DNA of 64,000 nucleotides, taken from Sminthopsis crassicaudata. Its lineage: Eukaryota. This document shows positions 25,701 to 39,455 of the stretch, piece by piece. Made by a program: the position numbers and the translations under genes. The stretch's first letter is position 1; each line of letters begins with the position of its first letter. The notes under the pieces are model-generated. The model was not told the DNA's origin, did not search any database, and worked only from the letters and a program-made list of their open reading frames with translations. Location: the NCBI RefSeq assembly GCF_048593235.1, contig NC_133619.1, positions 146,210,454 to 146,274,453 of the forward strand, in the 5' to 3' direction.

Positions 25701-26634
25701 TCTGTAAGAACAAAAGGTCAAGAATTTCAAAGGAATTAATGAAGAGAAAGCAAATGAAGGTGGCCTAGCTGTACCAGATCTAAAACTATATTATAAAGCA
25801 GCGGTCATCAAAATCATTTGGTATTGGCTAAGAAATAAAGAAGTTGATCAGTGGAATAGGTTAGGTTCACAGAACACAATAGTCAATGACTATATCAATG
25901 TAGTATTTGACAAACCCAAAGGCCCCACGTTTTGGGATAAGAATTCACTATTTGACAAAAACTGCTGGGAAAGTTGGAATGTAGTAGGACAGAAAGTAGA
26001 AATAGGCCCACACCTAATACCATATACCAAGATAAGGAATAAATGGGTTCATGATCTAGACATAAAGAATGATATTATAAACAAATTAAAATATAGAATA
26101 GTTTACCTCTTAGATTTGTGGAGGAGGAAGGAATTTGTTACCAAAGAAGAACTAGAGATTATTATTGATCACAAAATTGATAAATTTGACTATATTAAGT
26201 TAAAAAGTTTTTGTATGTATTTTGTATAAACTAATGCAGACAAGATTATAAAGGGAAGCAATAAATTGGGAAAGTACATCCAAAGCATCTGATAAAGGCC
26301 TTATTTCTAAAACATATAGAGAATTGACTCTAATTTATAATAGTTTAAGCTATTCTCCAATTGATAAATAGTCAAAGGATTTGAACAATTTTTAGATGAT
26401 GAAATTGAAACTATTTGTAGCCACATGAAAAAGTGATCCAAATCATTATTGATCAGAGAAATGCAAATTAAGACAACTCTGAGATACCACTATACACCTG
26501 TCTGATTGGCTAAAATGAAAGGAAAAGATAATCATGAATGTTGGAGGGGATGTGGGAAAACTGGGACACTCATGCATTGTTGGTGGAGTTGTGAACGAAT
26601 CCAACCATTGTAGAAAGAAATCTGGAATTATGCT
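22711..26634 (+). mobile_element. Decayed L1: 5'UTR + ORF1 remnant joined directly to the ORF2 RT/C-terminal region; endonuclease region missing, 3' end truncated
   Basis: Start GGCAGAGCTAAGATG. ORF1-like coiled-coil and C-terminal sequence at ~23300-24430. RT motifs RSGVKQGCPLS (~25130) and SLFADDIVVYL (~25260). Ends within the ORF2 C-terminus with no polyA. Confidence 0.92.
24603..26634 (+). pseudogene. L1 ORF2 remnant (RT and Cys-rich region) with frameshifts and stops
   Basis: Begins at EFYQTFKEQLTP. ORF 25172-25555 contains FADD and YLGI motifs. GKTGTL.HCWW near 26560. Confidence 0.9.
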
Positions 26635-29350
26635 AAATTCAAATTCAGGTCTTTCTGACTCTACACCTGACACTCTATCCACTTTACCATGTATGTACGC
26701 CTCATAAAGTAGGTAGAAAGAGAGGAGGCATAGGATAGAGCCTTTGGTTATACCTATAGTGGGTATGATCTGAACAGTCAAACCAAAGACACATAGCAGC
26801 CGCATAAGTTTCACTATAAATTTCATGGAAAAGGAGAGAAAATAGTTCTGAAATATCTTGGTTTATGAAATCCACAGGTAAAGGAACTTCCTTTGCCAAT
26901 GAAAACCTACCATTTTTCTGAAATGTGCAGTCTTCGAGAGTTACCTAGAGGATTGAGGAATGCTGTTTGACTCACAGAACCAGTATTTGACAGAATTGGG
27001 ATTTGAACTCAGCTCTTTCTATCTTGGGTTACTTTGTATCTAGTATTTGACTCTGCTTTCATTTGTGTCAGTTTTAAAGAGGAACATATATGTAGTTATT
27101 GTGATGAAGTTTGAATTTTAACATGAAGGGACTAAAAGACAGGCTTATTGTATTTGAAAGACTTTCAGGTAAGAAAGGGATTGACTTATTCTTCCTCACC
27201 ATAAATGACAGTTGAAGAAGTAATGTGTGGAAATTGGATAGAAATGGATTTCATTTCATTATAAAGGAACACTTGTTTACAATTAAATATGACCCCAAGT
27301 GCGATGAACTGCCTTGGAAGCTAATTAATTCTGCAATATCAAGAGCTTCAAAAAGAAGCTGATTTTTTTTTTCAGGGGGATTATCTTTATTTCTATTCAG
27401 GTTTAGATTGGACTCTGTTGTCCCCGTAAACTCAAATTTAAGCACTTTGAGATTTATAAAGCACTTTTTAAAAACTATGATTATTAGCTATTGTAATTAA
27501 GTATTATGCCCAATTTATTGCTGGAAAAACTGAGACTCAGAGAGAAACATTGTATTGCTCATCCACAGTCACATTGAACACATCGTAAGTGTTTATGATT
27601 CAAAGCAAGGTTTCTTGACTCTTAGTCTAGCATTCTAGGCACTAGTAAATTATTCGGGTGCTAAGAGTCTTTGAGTGTTAACAATGAGTCACTTTTGAGA
27701 TTTTTTTTTTTTGCTTTTCTAAACTTTCTTCTAACCTTATCATTTTTTGTTACACTTGCCCCTGTGGTAGAAAGCTGATCAGCCTCTTAATCAATTGAAT
27801 ACCTTGAAGTAGCAGTAATAATGTTACATAATATAAGGGACAAGTATAAAAGCCAATGACATACGAAGGTTTAACTCTTTTGAGACTTAATAATTGGATC
27901 ACTGATGACCCCCAATTTTAAACCTTTAATTATAGTTAATAGCTGTTCCAATAGTTATTTTGAATCCAATTCTGCTCACACAGTCTTAGGGCCAATCCAA
28001 TTTAATTTCTACAATTGTACAAATATTTATTAAAGACATTTTATTCTCACAGCCCTATTTTGTGCGTCTTGGATAGAAAAAACAAAATGAAATCAGTCCT
28101 TATCTAGTAATAAGTTACATTCTAATAAAAGAAGGGTTGAAACATATACAGTAATAAGTATACACATGATCATTTGTGAGAAGAAAGTAAATACCAGTGC
28201 CTGAGAATATCTGGGAAACTTCTCATGGAAAATGAACTAATTCTTGAAGGAAGCAAGGTATTTTATAAGTCTGGGCCATCCTGGCCCAGTATAAATGCTA
28301 GAGAAGGAGCTAACCTGAAAAAGTAATGACTTTGTTTCTTAAAATGATATACAATATAATAATATAATTGAATCAAAAAATTTCATTAATCTCCCCTAAG
28401 AGCAAGATATTGTCCCCTGCATTATAACTGAATTTTTTTCAAAATGACATTATGTCTAGGGAAAGAAAATGTATGGAGAAAGTGACACTGATAACAGTGA
28501 TGGAGAGCATTCCTAGATGAACAAGTTTCCCTTTGGAAAAGCCACTAGCTGATTTGGTTTATTTGGAGATGAGTTAAGAGTGATGCATTTATTTATGGAA
28601 TGATTTATGATGTCCCCAGGCTCCAGATCAGTTGACTCACTAATAAAAACTGCCCTCGTTGTTCTTAGTGCATGTGAAAATGACCTCACAATGGACTTTG
28701 CTTATTGGGTCAGCCAATGCCTCAAGAGGAGCATTTCACCATCTATTCAGTGTCATTTTATGCATTGTCATCACTGCTGCTACAGCCACATGATCAAAAC
28801 CTTTCAGAAAAATTTACATGAAAATATCAAAGACACCAGCTGACTATTTCAATTCCATATCAGAAGCAGTCATGTGACCCTAAACTAAAAATAGTCATCG
28901 AAATTCCCACTATAAGAGAGAATATCAGCACATTATATAAATGAGAACAGGATGTCATGGGGGAAAAGACATTGAAACTATTTGTATATTAATTATCAGC
29001 ACTAAAAATGAAGAACAAGAACATGGAATATATACCCAGAGTTATAGGGAATAAGTGAGCCATTTTTTCTTTATTCTATTGTCTACTCCTATAGACTTAA
29101 ATCATAAAGATTATATTGAATGCAGTACTCACATCATGACAGAAAAAAATATGAGACCTCATGAGAGTAAAATTAAAATAGCAAGAGTCCAAAATAAAAT
29201 ATTAAATCATCTAGGAAGGATTCCATGATTTTTAGAATAAACTATGATATTGCCCTCCCTGTCACTAACTTCACATGGTATTCTGTTGATGTATCTTTTT
29301 AATTCATATATATTTGGGTCAAATACCTTAATAAACAGTATTAACTTATT

Positions 29351-29560
29351 GAGAAGCTACATGGCACAATGGATAGAATACTGAGCTTAAAATCAGGAAT
29401 GAATCTTCCTGGGTTCAAATCTGTCTTGAGAAACTATAACCCTGGCCAAGTCACTTAATCATGTTTACCTCAGTTGCTTGTCTGTAAAATGAACTGGAGA
29501 AAGAAATGGCAAATGTCAAGAAATCCCTAAATTGGACCACTAAGGGTCAGATATGATTTA
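29351..29560 (+). mobile_element. MAR1-like CORE SINE
   Basis: tRNA head (gggttcaaatc), CORE (cctcagtt...ctgtaaaatgaactggagaaagaaatggcaaa) and MAR1-like tail. Confidence 0.8.
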
Positions 29561-29983
29561 ATTTATTGACACATTGAACCTCAGTATAAGTCTTTTCTGA
29601 AATTTGTAGGTGACTTTTCATATAATTTCCTGGACATAAACACTTATTAATAAGACTCAATAAATTATAAATTAAATTGAATATTTAGATGTGAATTTGA
29701 TTTTTTGAAGAAGTGTTAAGGTATCATTAGAAAATTTAAAAAATGAAGTAAAAGAAGAGATTATTAAGTTCCAAGTTTAAGGATTTAATATATTCAAAGT
29801 ACCAATAAAAGCTGCCAGTATAACTGACTGACATCCTGTGAAAGCTTGTTTATTCATGGAGTCATTTAGAGTGAAGTAAAAAGGAGAAAAATCTCATCAA
29901 TTCAAGCATTTTGTTAAATGTGAATTTGGGGAGTGTAGCTAAAACCATCATTATTGTCATCACTGTTCTCATTCAAAAAGCAC

Positions 29984-30219
29984 TTTTCCTTGCCTTACAA
30001 CAATTCTTTGAAGTAGATAATGCAAGTGTTATTTTTGTCATTTTTCAGAGGAGAGATCTAGGACTTGAACCTGTTCCATCCGAATCTGCTTCTCATGCTC
30101 TTTTTCCTTGCCTTACAACAATTCTTTGAAGTAGATAATGCAAGTGTTATTTTTGTCATTTTTCAGAGGAGAGATCTAGGACTTGAACCTGTTCCATCCG
30201 AATCTGCTTCTCATGCTCT
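29984..30219. repeat. Perfect tandem duplication, 118 bp x2
   Basis: 29984-30101 is identical to 30102-30219; ORFs 29911 and 30065 share the same peptide. Confidence 0.95.
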
Positions 30220-30594
30220 TTGGACAATGCTCTGTGTTTCATTATAATGCATTAATATGAAACTTTGGCATTCTATGAGAAAGAAACTCATTCATCCTTA
30301 AATAATTTGTTTTAATGGCAAAATGGCTTGTCATATGATGGAGTTGGTGCCCATCGATTAAGTTGGTCATCTTAATTGGATATATTTTCTTTGAATTGTT
30401 TATTATTTAAGTCTTGTTCTAATATTGCCTCCATCCCATATTTGACCAGTTTCATATTTATTACTATCAAAAGATAGGCAGTTGAGAAAAAAAAAAAACT
30501 TGTCATTTTCTCTTTAAAAGTTATTATTAGTTACCCTCGAACAAGGTTTAGTGGAGACAAAAGTGAGTGTGAGATTATGGATTCGTATATTCTT

Positions 30595-30846
30595 GGGGCA
30601 TTAAGTGGCACATTGGATCAAGTGTTGGATTTGGAATTAGAAAGATTTATCTTCCTGAGTTCAAATCTGGCCTCAGACGTGTATTATATATGTGACTCTG
30701 GGGAAATCAAATCCTGTTTGCCTCAGTTTTCTCATCTGTAAAGTGATCTGGAGATGGAAATGTAAAACAACTTCAGTGTTTTTACCAATAGAACACCAAG
30801 GAGGGTCATAAAGAGTTGATGCAACTGAAAAATTGAACAACAACAA
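30595..30846 (+). mobile_element. MAR1-like CORE SINE
   Basis: cctgagttcaaatctggcctcagac, gcctcagttttctcatctgtaaa, tail ending gaacaacaacaac. Confidence 0.85.
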
Positions 30847-31024
30847 CCTATTTTAATTTATGTTTTGTTATATTTCATAATGACTCAACATTGATTGCTT
30901 TTTTGTATACATAAAAATGAACAAGTGACAGAAAAAATGATTGAAATCATCACGGTTTTAATGTTTTTCCTTACTCAAATGCTATACTACATATATGCAT
31001 ACGATTTAAATATGTTGTATTTCC

Positions 31025-31948
31025 CACCTGTCCTATTCGCTAGGATGACAGGAAAAGATAATGCTGAATGTTGGAGGGGCTGTGGGAAAACTGGGACATG
31101 ATACACTGTTGGTGGAATTGTGAATACATCCAGCCATTCTGGAGAGTGATTTGGAACTATGCTCAACAAGTTATCAAACTGTGCATCCCCTTTGATCCAG
31201 CAGTGTTATTACTGGGCTTATATCCCAAAGAGATCTTAAAGAAGGGAAAGGGACCTGTATGGGCAAGAATGTTTGTGGCAGCCCTCTTTGTACTGTTCAG
31301 AAACTGGAAACTGAATGGATGCCCATCAGTTAAAGAATGGCTGAATAAATTGTGGTATATGAATATTATGGAATAGTAATGTGCTGTAAGAAATGACTAG
31401 CAGAATGATTTCAGAAAGGCCTGGAGGGACTTACATGAACTGATGCTGAGTGAAATGAGCAGGACCAGGAGATCATTATATACTTCTACAACAGTACTAT
31501 AAGATGATAAATTCTGATGGCCATGGCTCTCTTCAACAATGAGATGAACCAAATCAGTTCCATTTGTTCAATAATGAATAGAATCAGCTACACCCAGTGG
31601 AAGAACTCTGGGAAATGAGTGTGAACCACTACATAGCATCCTCAATCCCTCTATTTTTGTCCACCTGCATTTTTTATTTCCTTCACAGGTTAATTGTACA
31701 TTATTTCAAAGTCCGATTCTTCTTATGCAGCAAAATAACTGTATGGATAAGTATGAATATTTAACATATAAGTATGAATATTTAACATATACTTTAACAT
31801 ATTTAACATGTATTGATCTACCTGCCACCTGGGGGAGGGGAAGGGGTAAGGAGAGGGAAAAATTGGAACAAAAGGTTTTGCAACTGTCAATGCTGAAAAA
31901 TTACCCATGTATATATCTTGTAAACAAAAAGCTATAACAAAAAAAAAA
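31025..31948 (+). mobile_element. 5'-truncated L1: ORF2 C-terminus + 3'UTR + polyA
   Basis: CWRGCGKTGT, HCWWNC and IPFDPAVLLLGLYPKEILKKGKG peptides (ORFs 30895, 31068), G-rich 3'UTR, A-tail ending at 31948. Confidence 0.92.
31748..31789. repeat. 21-bp tandem duplication within the L1 3'UTR
   Basis: taagtatgaatatttaacata twice. Confidence 0.9.
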
Positions 31949-34199
31949 TGTTTTGTTTCTCAATATAATATTAGTTCCTTGACATTAGGAAGTGATCAAT
32001 TTTTCGCCAATGCCTAGTTCAGTGCTTACATACTTATAAAATGTTTGTTGATTGTTGATTTTGAGAGTTACAACTTTTCTAACTTCAATTTTCTCATCAT
32101 CAAAATTTGATGCTTTAAGTAAGTAAACTAAGGTCTTTTTATTTTGAATCACATGATATAATTTGTTCATATGAATTGTATTCTATTCTTTCACTAAATT
32201 TTTACTCTGATAATTATTTATTACCTGGAAGATGACTTGATGGTCTAGGTTTATACCAGTGGAGAGTAAGATTTATTGATTTTTACCAAGTAGGATGTGA
32301 TAGCTTAATGATGAACTTGCACATTTGAGAAGCAGCAGATGGAGCAGCACACCCTCAAAATGTTGGCAAACATGTGGTTATTGCTTTGGGGTAAAAGAAA
32401 TCATTAAACCAGCTTCTAAATTTATGGTGAGGTGATAGTCTTTATTGAAGAGGATGAGAACTCATATCATTGAAATTTCAAATAGTTTAAATATTTAATA
32501 GTGGAACAAAGTTGTAGAATAATGGGAAGAGTAGAGATGGATACTTAAAATAAAGCAGAAAACTAGAAAAACTAGAAACAGAGCTAGAGTTAGACTAGGA
32601 AGATTAACTTTGTGAATATGGATTGTGAACTTATTCTTTAATGTAATAAAGAATTTGTATTGCCAGGAATAGAAAAGAAAGTACTTAGAGGAAGCAAAAA
32701 TAATGTCAAGGGACAATAATGACTTGACTTGTGAGAAACAAAAATAATTCATGTTGAAGAGTTAATTAGTGAAGGGATGAAACAGGAATGAAAAATTGAG
32801 ACATGATCTGATAAATAATCAGGTCACAAATTCTCAGAAAAAGGTAAATTGTATAATTAAAGCTGATTTTAGGGAGGTTAGTCTGGCAACTGATACCAAA
32901 TGGATTGTATTGGGGAAACTAGCTAATAAATAATTGTCTAGGTTAGAAGTAATGAGATTCTAGACTAGGACTGTTGCAGTGGATAAGTTGATAACAGGAT
33001 AATTTGAAAGGAATTGTTATGGTTTGGATGATACAGAGAAAGTGAAGAGAAGAAGTCTCTATATAACACCATTAGAACAGTGTAATTTAAATATTTTGGT
33101 TTCTTTTCATGAAGAATGGGAATAATTTGGTTTCACCTATGATCATTAACTATTAACAGTTGAAAGCCTTAGAGAATATCTTATTCTACATATGAGGAAA
33201 ATGAGTTTCATGCTTGAAATGGTAAGGCATGTGATGAGACATATAATCCTATGTGTTGTGATCACATTTTTTGCCAAATCGTATTTTAGATTTTTTTTTC
33301 CCATCCATACCAATTCAACATACATTTATTGAAGCCTATGGTGTGCAAAGCAGCTGACTGTTACCTAATTTAACTTAATTAGTTAGACATATAAACATGC
33401 TCACCATTTATTTTCCATTTCTGTCATGTGCACAAATTACTCTACTCTTTTGATTAGTGATATAAGATGGAGGAATAAAGACACCAGAGGCACACTGTTG
33501 CTGCAAGGATGTCTTTGATATGCAGTGAAAACAATATAGCAGAATTTAACAGGGATCACTTTCAATTCACAGCTAATCAGTAGAATGTAGAAATTAACTG
33601 ATACATAGTATTTTAGAATTTCCCTTCACACTGATAGTTAAGCTGTATATATTTTTATAAGCATATTGCAACTCCTGAACAAATTACTACCAATGGTATA
33701 CTACAAATAGTGGGAGGAAAACACCGGAATTATCTAAATTACTGTACTAAAAATACTGTAGCATTTTATACATCAAATATATCTTTGGTACTCAAAGAAA
33801 AAATGGTTTTTTATTACTGTTTAATTTGGCTTCTTTTCCTTTATTGCTAATTTGTGTGTGTGTGTACATGCACATGTGTGCGTGTGTGTGTGTGCGCACC
33901 CATGAGTATGTTACCATTGAATTGCCTAGTTTAGGTAGACCACACATCATTATAAGAAATATATATGGATTGATAGAAATTCCAGATGTGAGGAATGGAT
34001 GAAGCAACATAAACCTTTTACCACATTTATGAATAAAGTTGATTCAGTTTAACATGCTAGCCATTCTTTTCAAGTTTATCTGTGTTTTAAGTGTTCCTTA
34101 AAGATCTATGTTTCTTAGTAAAGGCTTGAATTTTCTTATAGAATTCTGACAGTCAATATGCAAAATTCTGTGAAATACTTTCATTCTCTTTAAAAGTTA

Positions 34200-34740
34200 C
34201 CTCCCCTGTTCAGTAAACTTAGTGACTCTCTGTTGCTCCAGTATCTAATACAAAATGTTCTCTTTGGTATTCAAAGCCCTTCGTAATGTAACTCATTCTT
34301 TCCACCTTTCCAGGCTTCTTATACATTATTTCCTGACATGTATTCCTTGATGTTTCACTGCAGAAACTAGCCTTGTGGTGTTCCACAAATATGACATTCC
34401 ATCCTTCCTTTCCAAGAATTTTTCTTCTTCTCCTCCATGTCTGGGCTGCTCCAATTGCTTACTTCTCTATCTTCCTTTAAGTCCCAACTAAAATCCTATC
34501 TTCCAAAGGAAGCTTCCCCTATAATTCTTAATTTTTAGTGTTTTTGCTCTGTTAATTATTTTCTTTTTATCCTAATTAGATCTTGCTGTGTATGTATTTG
34601 TTTGCACGCTGTCTCCCTCATTAGATTGTAAGTTCCTTAAGAACAGGGATTGTCTTTTTGTCTCTTTTTTTAATCTTCTATGCTTTGTAAAATGGTAATC
34701 ACTGTGGTAAACAAGTGATTAATAAATATTGATTAATAGA
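34200..34740 (+). mobile_element. L2 3' end
   Basis: L2 tail hallmark ccctcattagattgtaagttccttaagaacagggattgtc...taataaatattgatt, preceded by caaagcccttcgtaat and aagtcccaactaaaatcc. Confidence 0.75.
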
Positions 34741-34829
34741 AATATACAGTTTTGTACATATATTCTTTTCCATCGCATCTTTCACATTTTGGTATCATAA
34801 GCATCAAAAAAATATTTTTTTTTAAATGA

Positions 34830-34966
34830 GGGGCAGCTAGATGGTGCAGTATATAGAGTGCTGACTCTGAAGTCAGGAGGATCTGAGTTCAAATACGACC
34901 TCAGACATTCAATAATTCTTGTGTGACTCTGGGCAGATCACTTAATCTCAATTACCTCATCAAAAA
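34830..34966 (+). mobile_element. WSINE1-like SINE, near full length
   Basis: GGGGCAGCTAGATGGTGCAGT...GAGTTCAAAT...GTGTGACTCTGGGCAGATCACTTAA...A-tail. Confidence 0.9.
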
Positions 34967-36971
34967 ATTAGATTTAAAAAGTGATCATTCATTTCAATGA
35001 TAACTTGTTTTTCCCTGGCCAAATGTATTTTTTTTTAATTTCTAGTCTGTAAAGTTTAGGGACAGATTTACTTCACCATGTTTGATTTGTTCCCCTCAAA
35101 AGACACATCTCTTCTTGTGTCTTTTTTTGGTAAATTTTGCAATTTTTTCTTTTGTAAAAAAAAAAAAAAACAAAAACATTGTGAATGAAGCAGACTATGT
35201 TTTACATTTTCTCATAGAAGCTGGTGAAATATTCCACAGGCAACTTTTCATATGATTATTATTATGCCTTTTCTTAATGTGAGTGTAAAACCTAGGGGCT
35301 CTTCCTGTAATGCAATCTACTTATTTATTATTTCAATTTGTAGTTTCTGATGGAGTTGAGTCAGAGAGTAGAGGGCATTATTGAAATGGAACAAAATACC
35401 CTGTATAAGCCATTGGGTTAGTGGAAGATTTTCATGATTTTTTTCCCTTTTTTCTCTAGCCAAATAGATATTTACATAATAGTGAATTTAATCTCATTAT
35501 CTTTACTGAGTTGTTATGTGGGTGCATGTAACCTCATTTTCCATAATGGGTGGTTATAAATGTAGACTATTTCATAGCTCCTAATACTGTACTACTCAAG
35601 CTTCACAAGTCTCATTTTTGTGCATGATCTGCATATTAAGAATGAATAGCCTTTATGGACAAAATGTAGGATTAGGCAGATCTGAGTGAGCCCAGTCACA
35701 TTCAGATGTAGCAATAATCTAGGTCAAAAGAGGTTATCAGACATATTCTGACTTCAGACTAATTAGGGTTTTTCTGAACAAATTTGAAAATTGTACTCTG
35801 CTATTTTCTGTCTCCAGTGGGAGTCTAGGAAAGGAACTAAAAAAAAGTAATTATGTTAAAATAATGAAAAAAATGTTATAGTGGAATCTCCATAACTGGA
35901 GATTAAAAAACCACAACAGATTAATCATCTGTTTTTGATAATAACAGTAAGATACATTAAGTTACTTCAGAGGTGATATTCTAGAACTTCTCAGTGTCTG
36001 CCTTATATTTTAGATTCAAGTTTTATCTAAGATTTAAATTAAACTCCATTTAAACTTCCAGATTAGACTCTGGTCCGGGAACAGTACTTAGAAAAAACTT
36101 TTTGTTGCAGTCTGGATCCTTATGCAGAGAGGCACTATATTTTGATTTTATTTAAAATACAAGTTATGGTGGGATAAGGAAACCTCCTTTGAATTTCCAG
36201 ACCAAAGCCAGCTCTTGTTAGTGTCTTCTTACCAGAAAACAGAGCTGAGGAGAATTAGGATGATGAAACAATCAGTAAATGTATTATATAATAGGGCCTG
36301 GCAAAAACAAACAAACAAAAAAATGCCCATATTTTGTTATAAATATTATCTTCTTTTTGCTGTTAATATTTGCATTTTGCTAAGTTTTTTGACTTTAAAG
36401 AAGTCATCAATATTACTTCTATATGGAAACATTAGTTTCCTTATTTGAAAAATGTTACATAATTTTTGATTTTCAGCAAGTTCGATATGACCTTTTCCAT
36501 TCATTATCACTTCCAAAAAATTAAAATGTCAGATAATGATGTAATGCTACTAGTAGTGACCTTCTGTAATAATTTATGGAATCTTCCATCTGTAAGGGAC
36601 CTTGGAGATAATATAAGTTTATCCTTTTCCTTTTACAAAGTAGGAAACTCAGACTGAGCAGAAATGTTATTTGTCCATACTCACAAAACAAGGGAAATTA
36701 GAATCCAGACCTCTTGACTCCTACCTAGCTTATTGCTTTTTCTAAGACACTATCAGATGAAAAGATTGCTAGATGGCGTAATGGGTAGAATATAGGACTT
36801 GGAGTCAGAAAGACCTGAATTAAAACTTGTTACTAGACATGTTCCTGGGTAAGTTCCTTAAAGACTTAGTACAATTTTCCTGATTTTATATACAGAATAA
36901 AATAGAATTCAATGACATAATACAGATAAAGCTTTGTACCAACCTTAAAATTTGATATAAATATTAATCTT

Positions 36972-37560
36972 TTTCTAGTAAATTTATTTATTTTAATACA
37001 CATTGCTTTATGAATCATACTAGGAGAGAAAAATCAGAGCTAAAGTGAAAAATGATGGGAGAGGTTAAAAAAAACAGATAAAAAGAAGTGAACATAGCAT
37101 ATGATGATTTATATTCAGTCTCCTTAGTTCATGTTCAGGATGTAAGTGGCATTTTCTGTCCACAGTTAGTTGCGATGGCTTTAATAACTGAGCCACTGAG
37201 AAGAACCAAGTCTTTCATAGTTGATCACTGCATATTCTTGCTGTTCAATGTATTCTTGGTTCTGCTTGTTTTATTCAGTCATCATTTTTTATGGAACAAC
37301 AATATTCCATTACATTAATATACCACATTTTGTTCAGTCATTCCTCAATTTATGGACATCTACTCATTTTCCAATTCTTTGCTACCTCCCCCCCCAAAAA
37401 GCTGCTACAAATATTTTTGCACATGTGAGACCTTTTTCCTCCTTGATGATTTCCTTAGGATATAGATCCTATAGTAATGGCACTGCTGGACCAAGGGGGA
37501 TGCACAGTTTTAAAGTTCTTTGGGCATAGTTGCAAATTGCTCTCCAGAATGGTTGGATCA
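36972..37560 (-). mobile_element. Older L1 3' end fragment
   Basis: Contains L1 ORF2 C-terminal antisense hallmarks (attgctctccagaatggttggatca, gctgctacaaatatttttgcacatg) and T-rich tail at the left. Confidence 0.8.
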
Positions 37561-37590
37561 ATAAATATTAATTATTAATAATGGTGGTAC

Positions 37591-37620
<30 letters not shown>
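37591..37620. repeat. (ATG)10 microsatellite
   Basis: Direct read. Confidence 0.95.
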
Positions 37621-37622
<2 letters not shown>

Positions 37623-39164
37623 AAATGTAGTATTCCTTGCCATGCATCATTATCTACACTTACTTTTAGACTCTTTTTTTAGCACTTTGTAAATCTTAAT
37701 TTCTATATATCACTGTGACAAGATGATTTGACAAAAACTGAAACATGAAACCCATTTCCATAATACTATTCTATTCTCAAATTTTATTATCAATTTAAAG
37801 GCAAATTGAATAATCTAAGTATTGTGAATTACTTAATCTGCCTTGTTTTACTATTTTTAAAAACTAATTAATAAAATATAAAATGATTACAGTCACAGAG
37901 TCAAGAACAGAGCCTGCTTAAGCCATTCTCAATTTCATCTAATCCAGTGTTGTCATTTTGTCATTAGAGAAGGAATATGCGGGGACTAGTCTAAAGATGA
38001 ACAGATGCCCTAAATTGGGAGAAGCTATCAATTGTCATTATTCTGATAATTTTTTTTACATTGATTCAATGCCTCTAGGAAAGCTTTTAATAAATTATTT
38101 GTTGCTTTTGTACTGCAGGCCTTTCTGAAAGAGCAGTAGATATCATCAAAGATTATAGCAAAGTTAGAATGTGGTTTTGTTGCAAGGATATAGTATAAAG
38201 GAGCAAGTGTAGGAAATACATGTGACAAGGTCAGGCTATAGAAAAATCATAAAAGCACAGAATTTTGTTTGAAAGGTAACTGAGTGTCTGTTCAGTATAA
38301 CTTTTAGCTGAAGACTAATCCTGTCTACTGCACAATGTACCCAATTAATGATCAACAAGCCTTTCCTACAAAACTTTGTTAAACTTCCATAGAAATTCTC
38401 CAAATATTTATAAAGGAGAAATATTAAAAAATCCAAAGGCTATATCTGCAGAACTTACAGTCTTCTATTTTAAGAAGATTTAAGAATTTTTTTCAGATTC
38501 AAAAGGTGTACCTTCAGTTACAGTTCCATCCTCCACTCAATTTGCCAAAGTGATTAATTAACCTAGAGCCTGCTTCTGACCTTCCCATGCCTCAACTTAA
38601 TAAACTCTATTGGTTCCTTATCACCCATAAGCACAAATTAATTTCCCATTTATATTCATCAGAACTTGGTCCCTTCTTATCATCTCAGTTATCTTCTAAC
38701 TTTGCTCTGTATTAAACTAGAATTAGTTCTACTGACTTGTTTGCTATTTGTCAGAGAGGTTCCTATTCTTCAAACTGTATTTTTTCAATGGCCTCCCAGG
38801 CCTGAAGTTCTCTCCCCTCCTTCCCTGTCTTCTTTCTTGAATTTGTCTCAAATTCCATCTTCTCCAAGAGGCCTTTCATGAAAGAACCTTCCTATCTTTA
38901 ATCATACTTTTGCCTTTCCTTTTATCTCAAACTATAGTAAGTGCTTAATAAATGTGTATCCACTGACTGACCTGAATAGTAGAAATAGATATAATAATTC
39001 TTAAATGTTAATTTCAGTTTTTCTGCTATGTGGGTTAGGGAAAATAACCCCACCTCTTCTTCCTCATTTGCAAAAAGAGATTGGACTGGATGATCAGCAT
39101 ACCACCTGTCTCATCCCATGGGAGTTGTATATATTTTCTGAATCATAATTCCATCATCTATAAG

Positions 39165-39455
39165 AAAGCTTCTAAAACTGTGGGTCATGATCCACATGAC
39201 ATCATGTAACTTAATGTGGGGATCATGAAAAATTTAATCAAATATGTAATGAATCTGAGGTATGTCTGATGGCACTTGCCCATGTTGCATCACACAACTG
39301 TATTGCTTGGTTTTGAATACACAGAGTGCACAGTTTGCACAGTGTATGCTTGAATGCTGCCAGAAATACATCGGCTCAGATTCAAGATAAGGTCACATAA
39401 AAATTTCTCAGGTGAAAAGGGTCATGAGTGTGAAAAGTTTAATAATTGCTAATCT
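39165..39455. mobile_element. hAT/Charlie-type MITE
   Basis: Degenerate terminal inverted repeats (cttctaaaactgtgggtcatga ... gggtcatgagtgtgaaaagtttaataa). Confidence 0.55.

Noticed and set aside
26490-31170. The two + strand L1 pieces (ending at 26634, starting at 31025) as one element split by a 4.4-kb insertion
   Set aside because: They overlap by ~145 bp of homologous sequence and differ at roughly a fifth of positions there, so they are independent copies.
38119-38162. Possible 44-nt exon (good acceptor ttttgtactgcag; peptide GLSERAVDIIKDYSK)
   Set aside because: Weak donor (AAA|gttaga), no recognised protein and no phase-compatible partner exon found.
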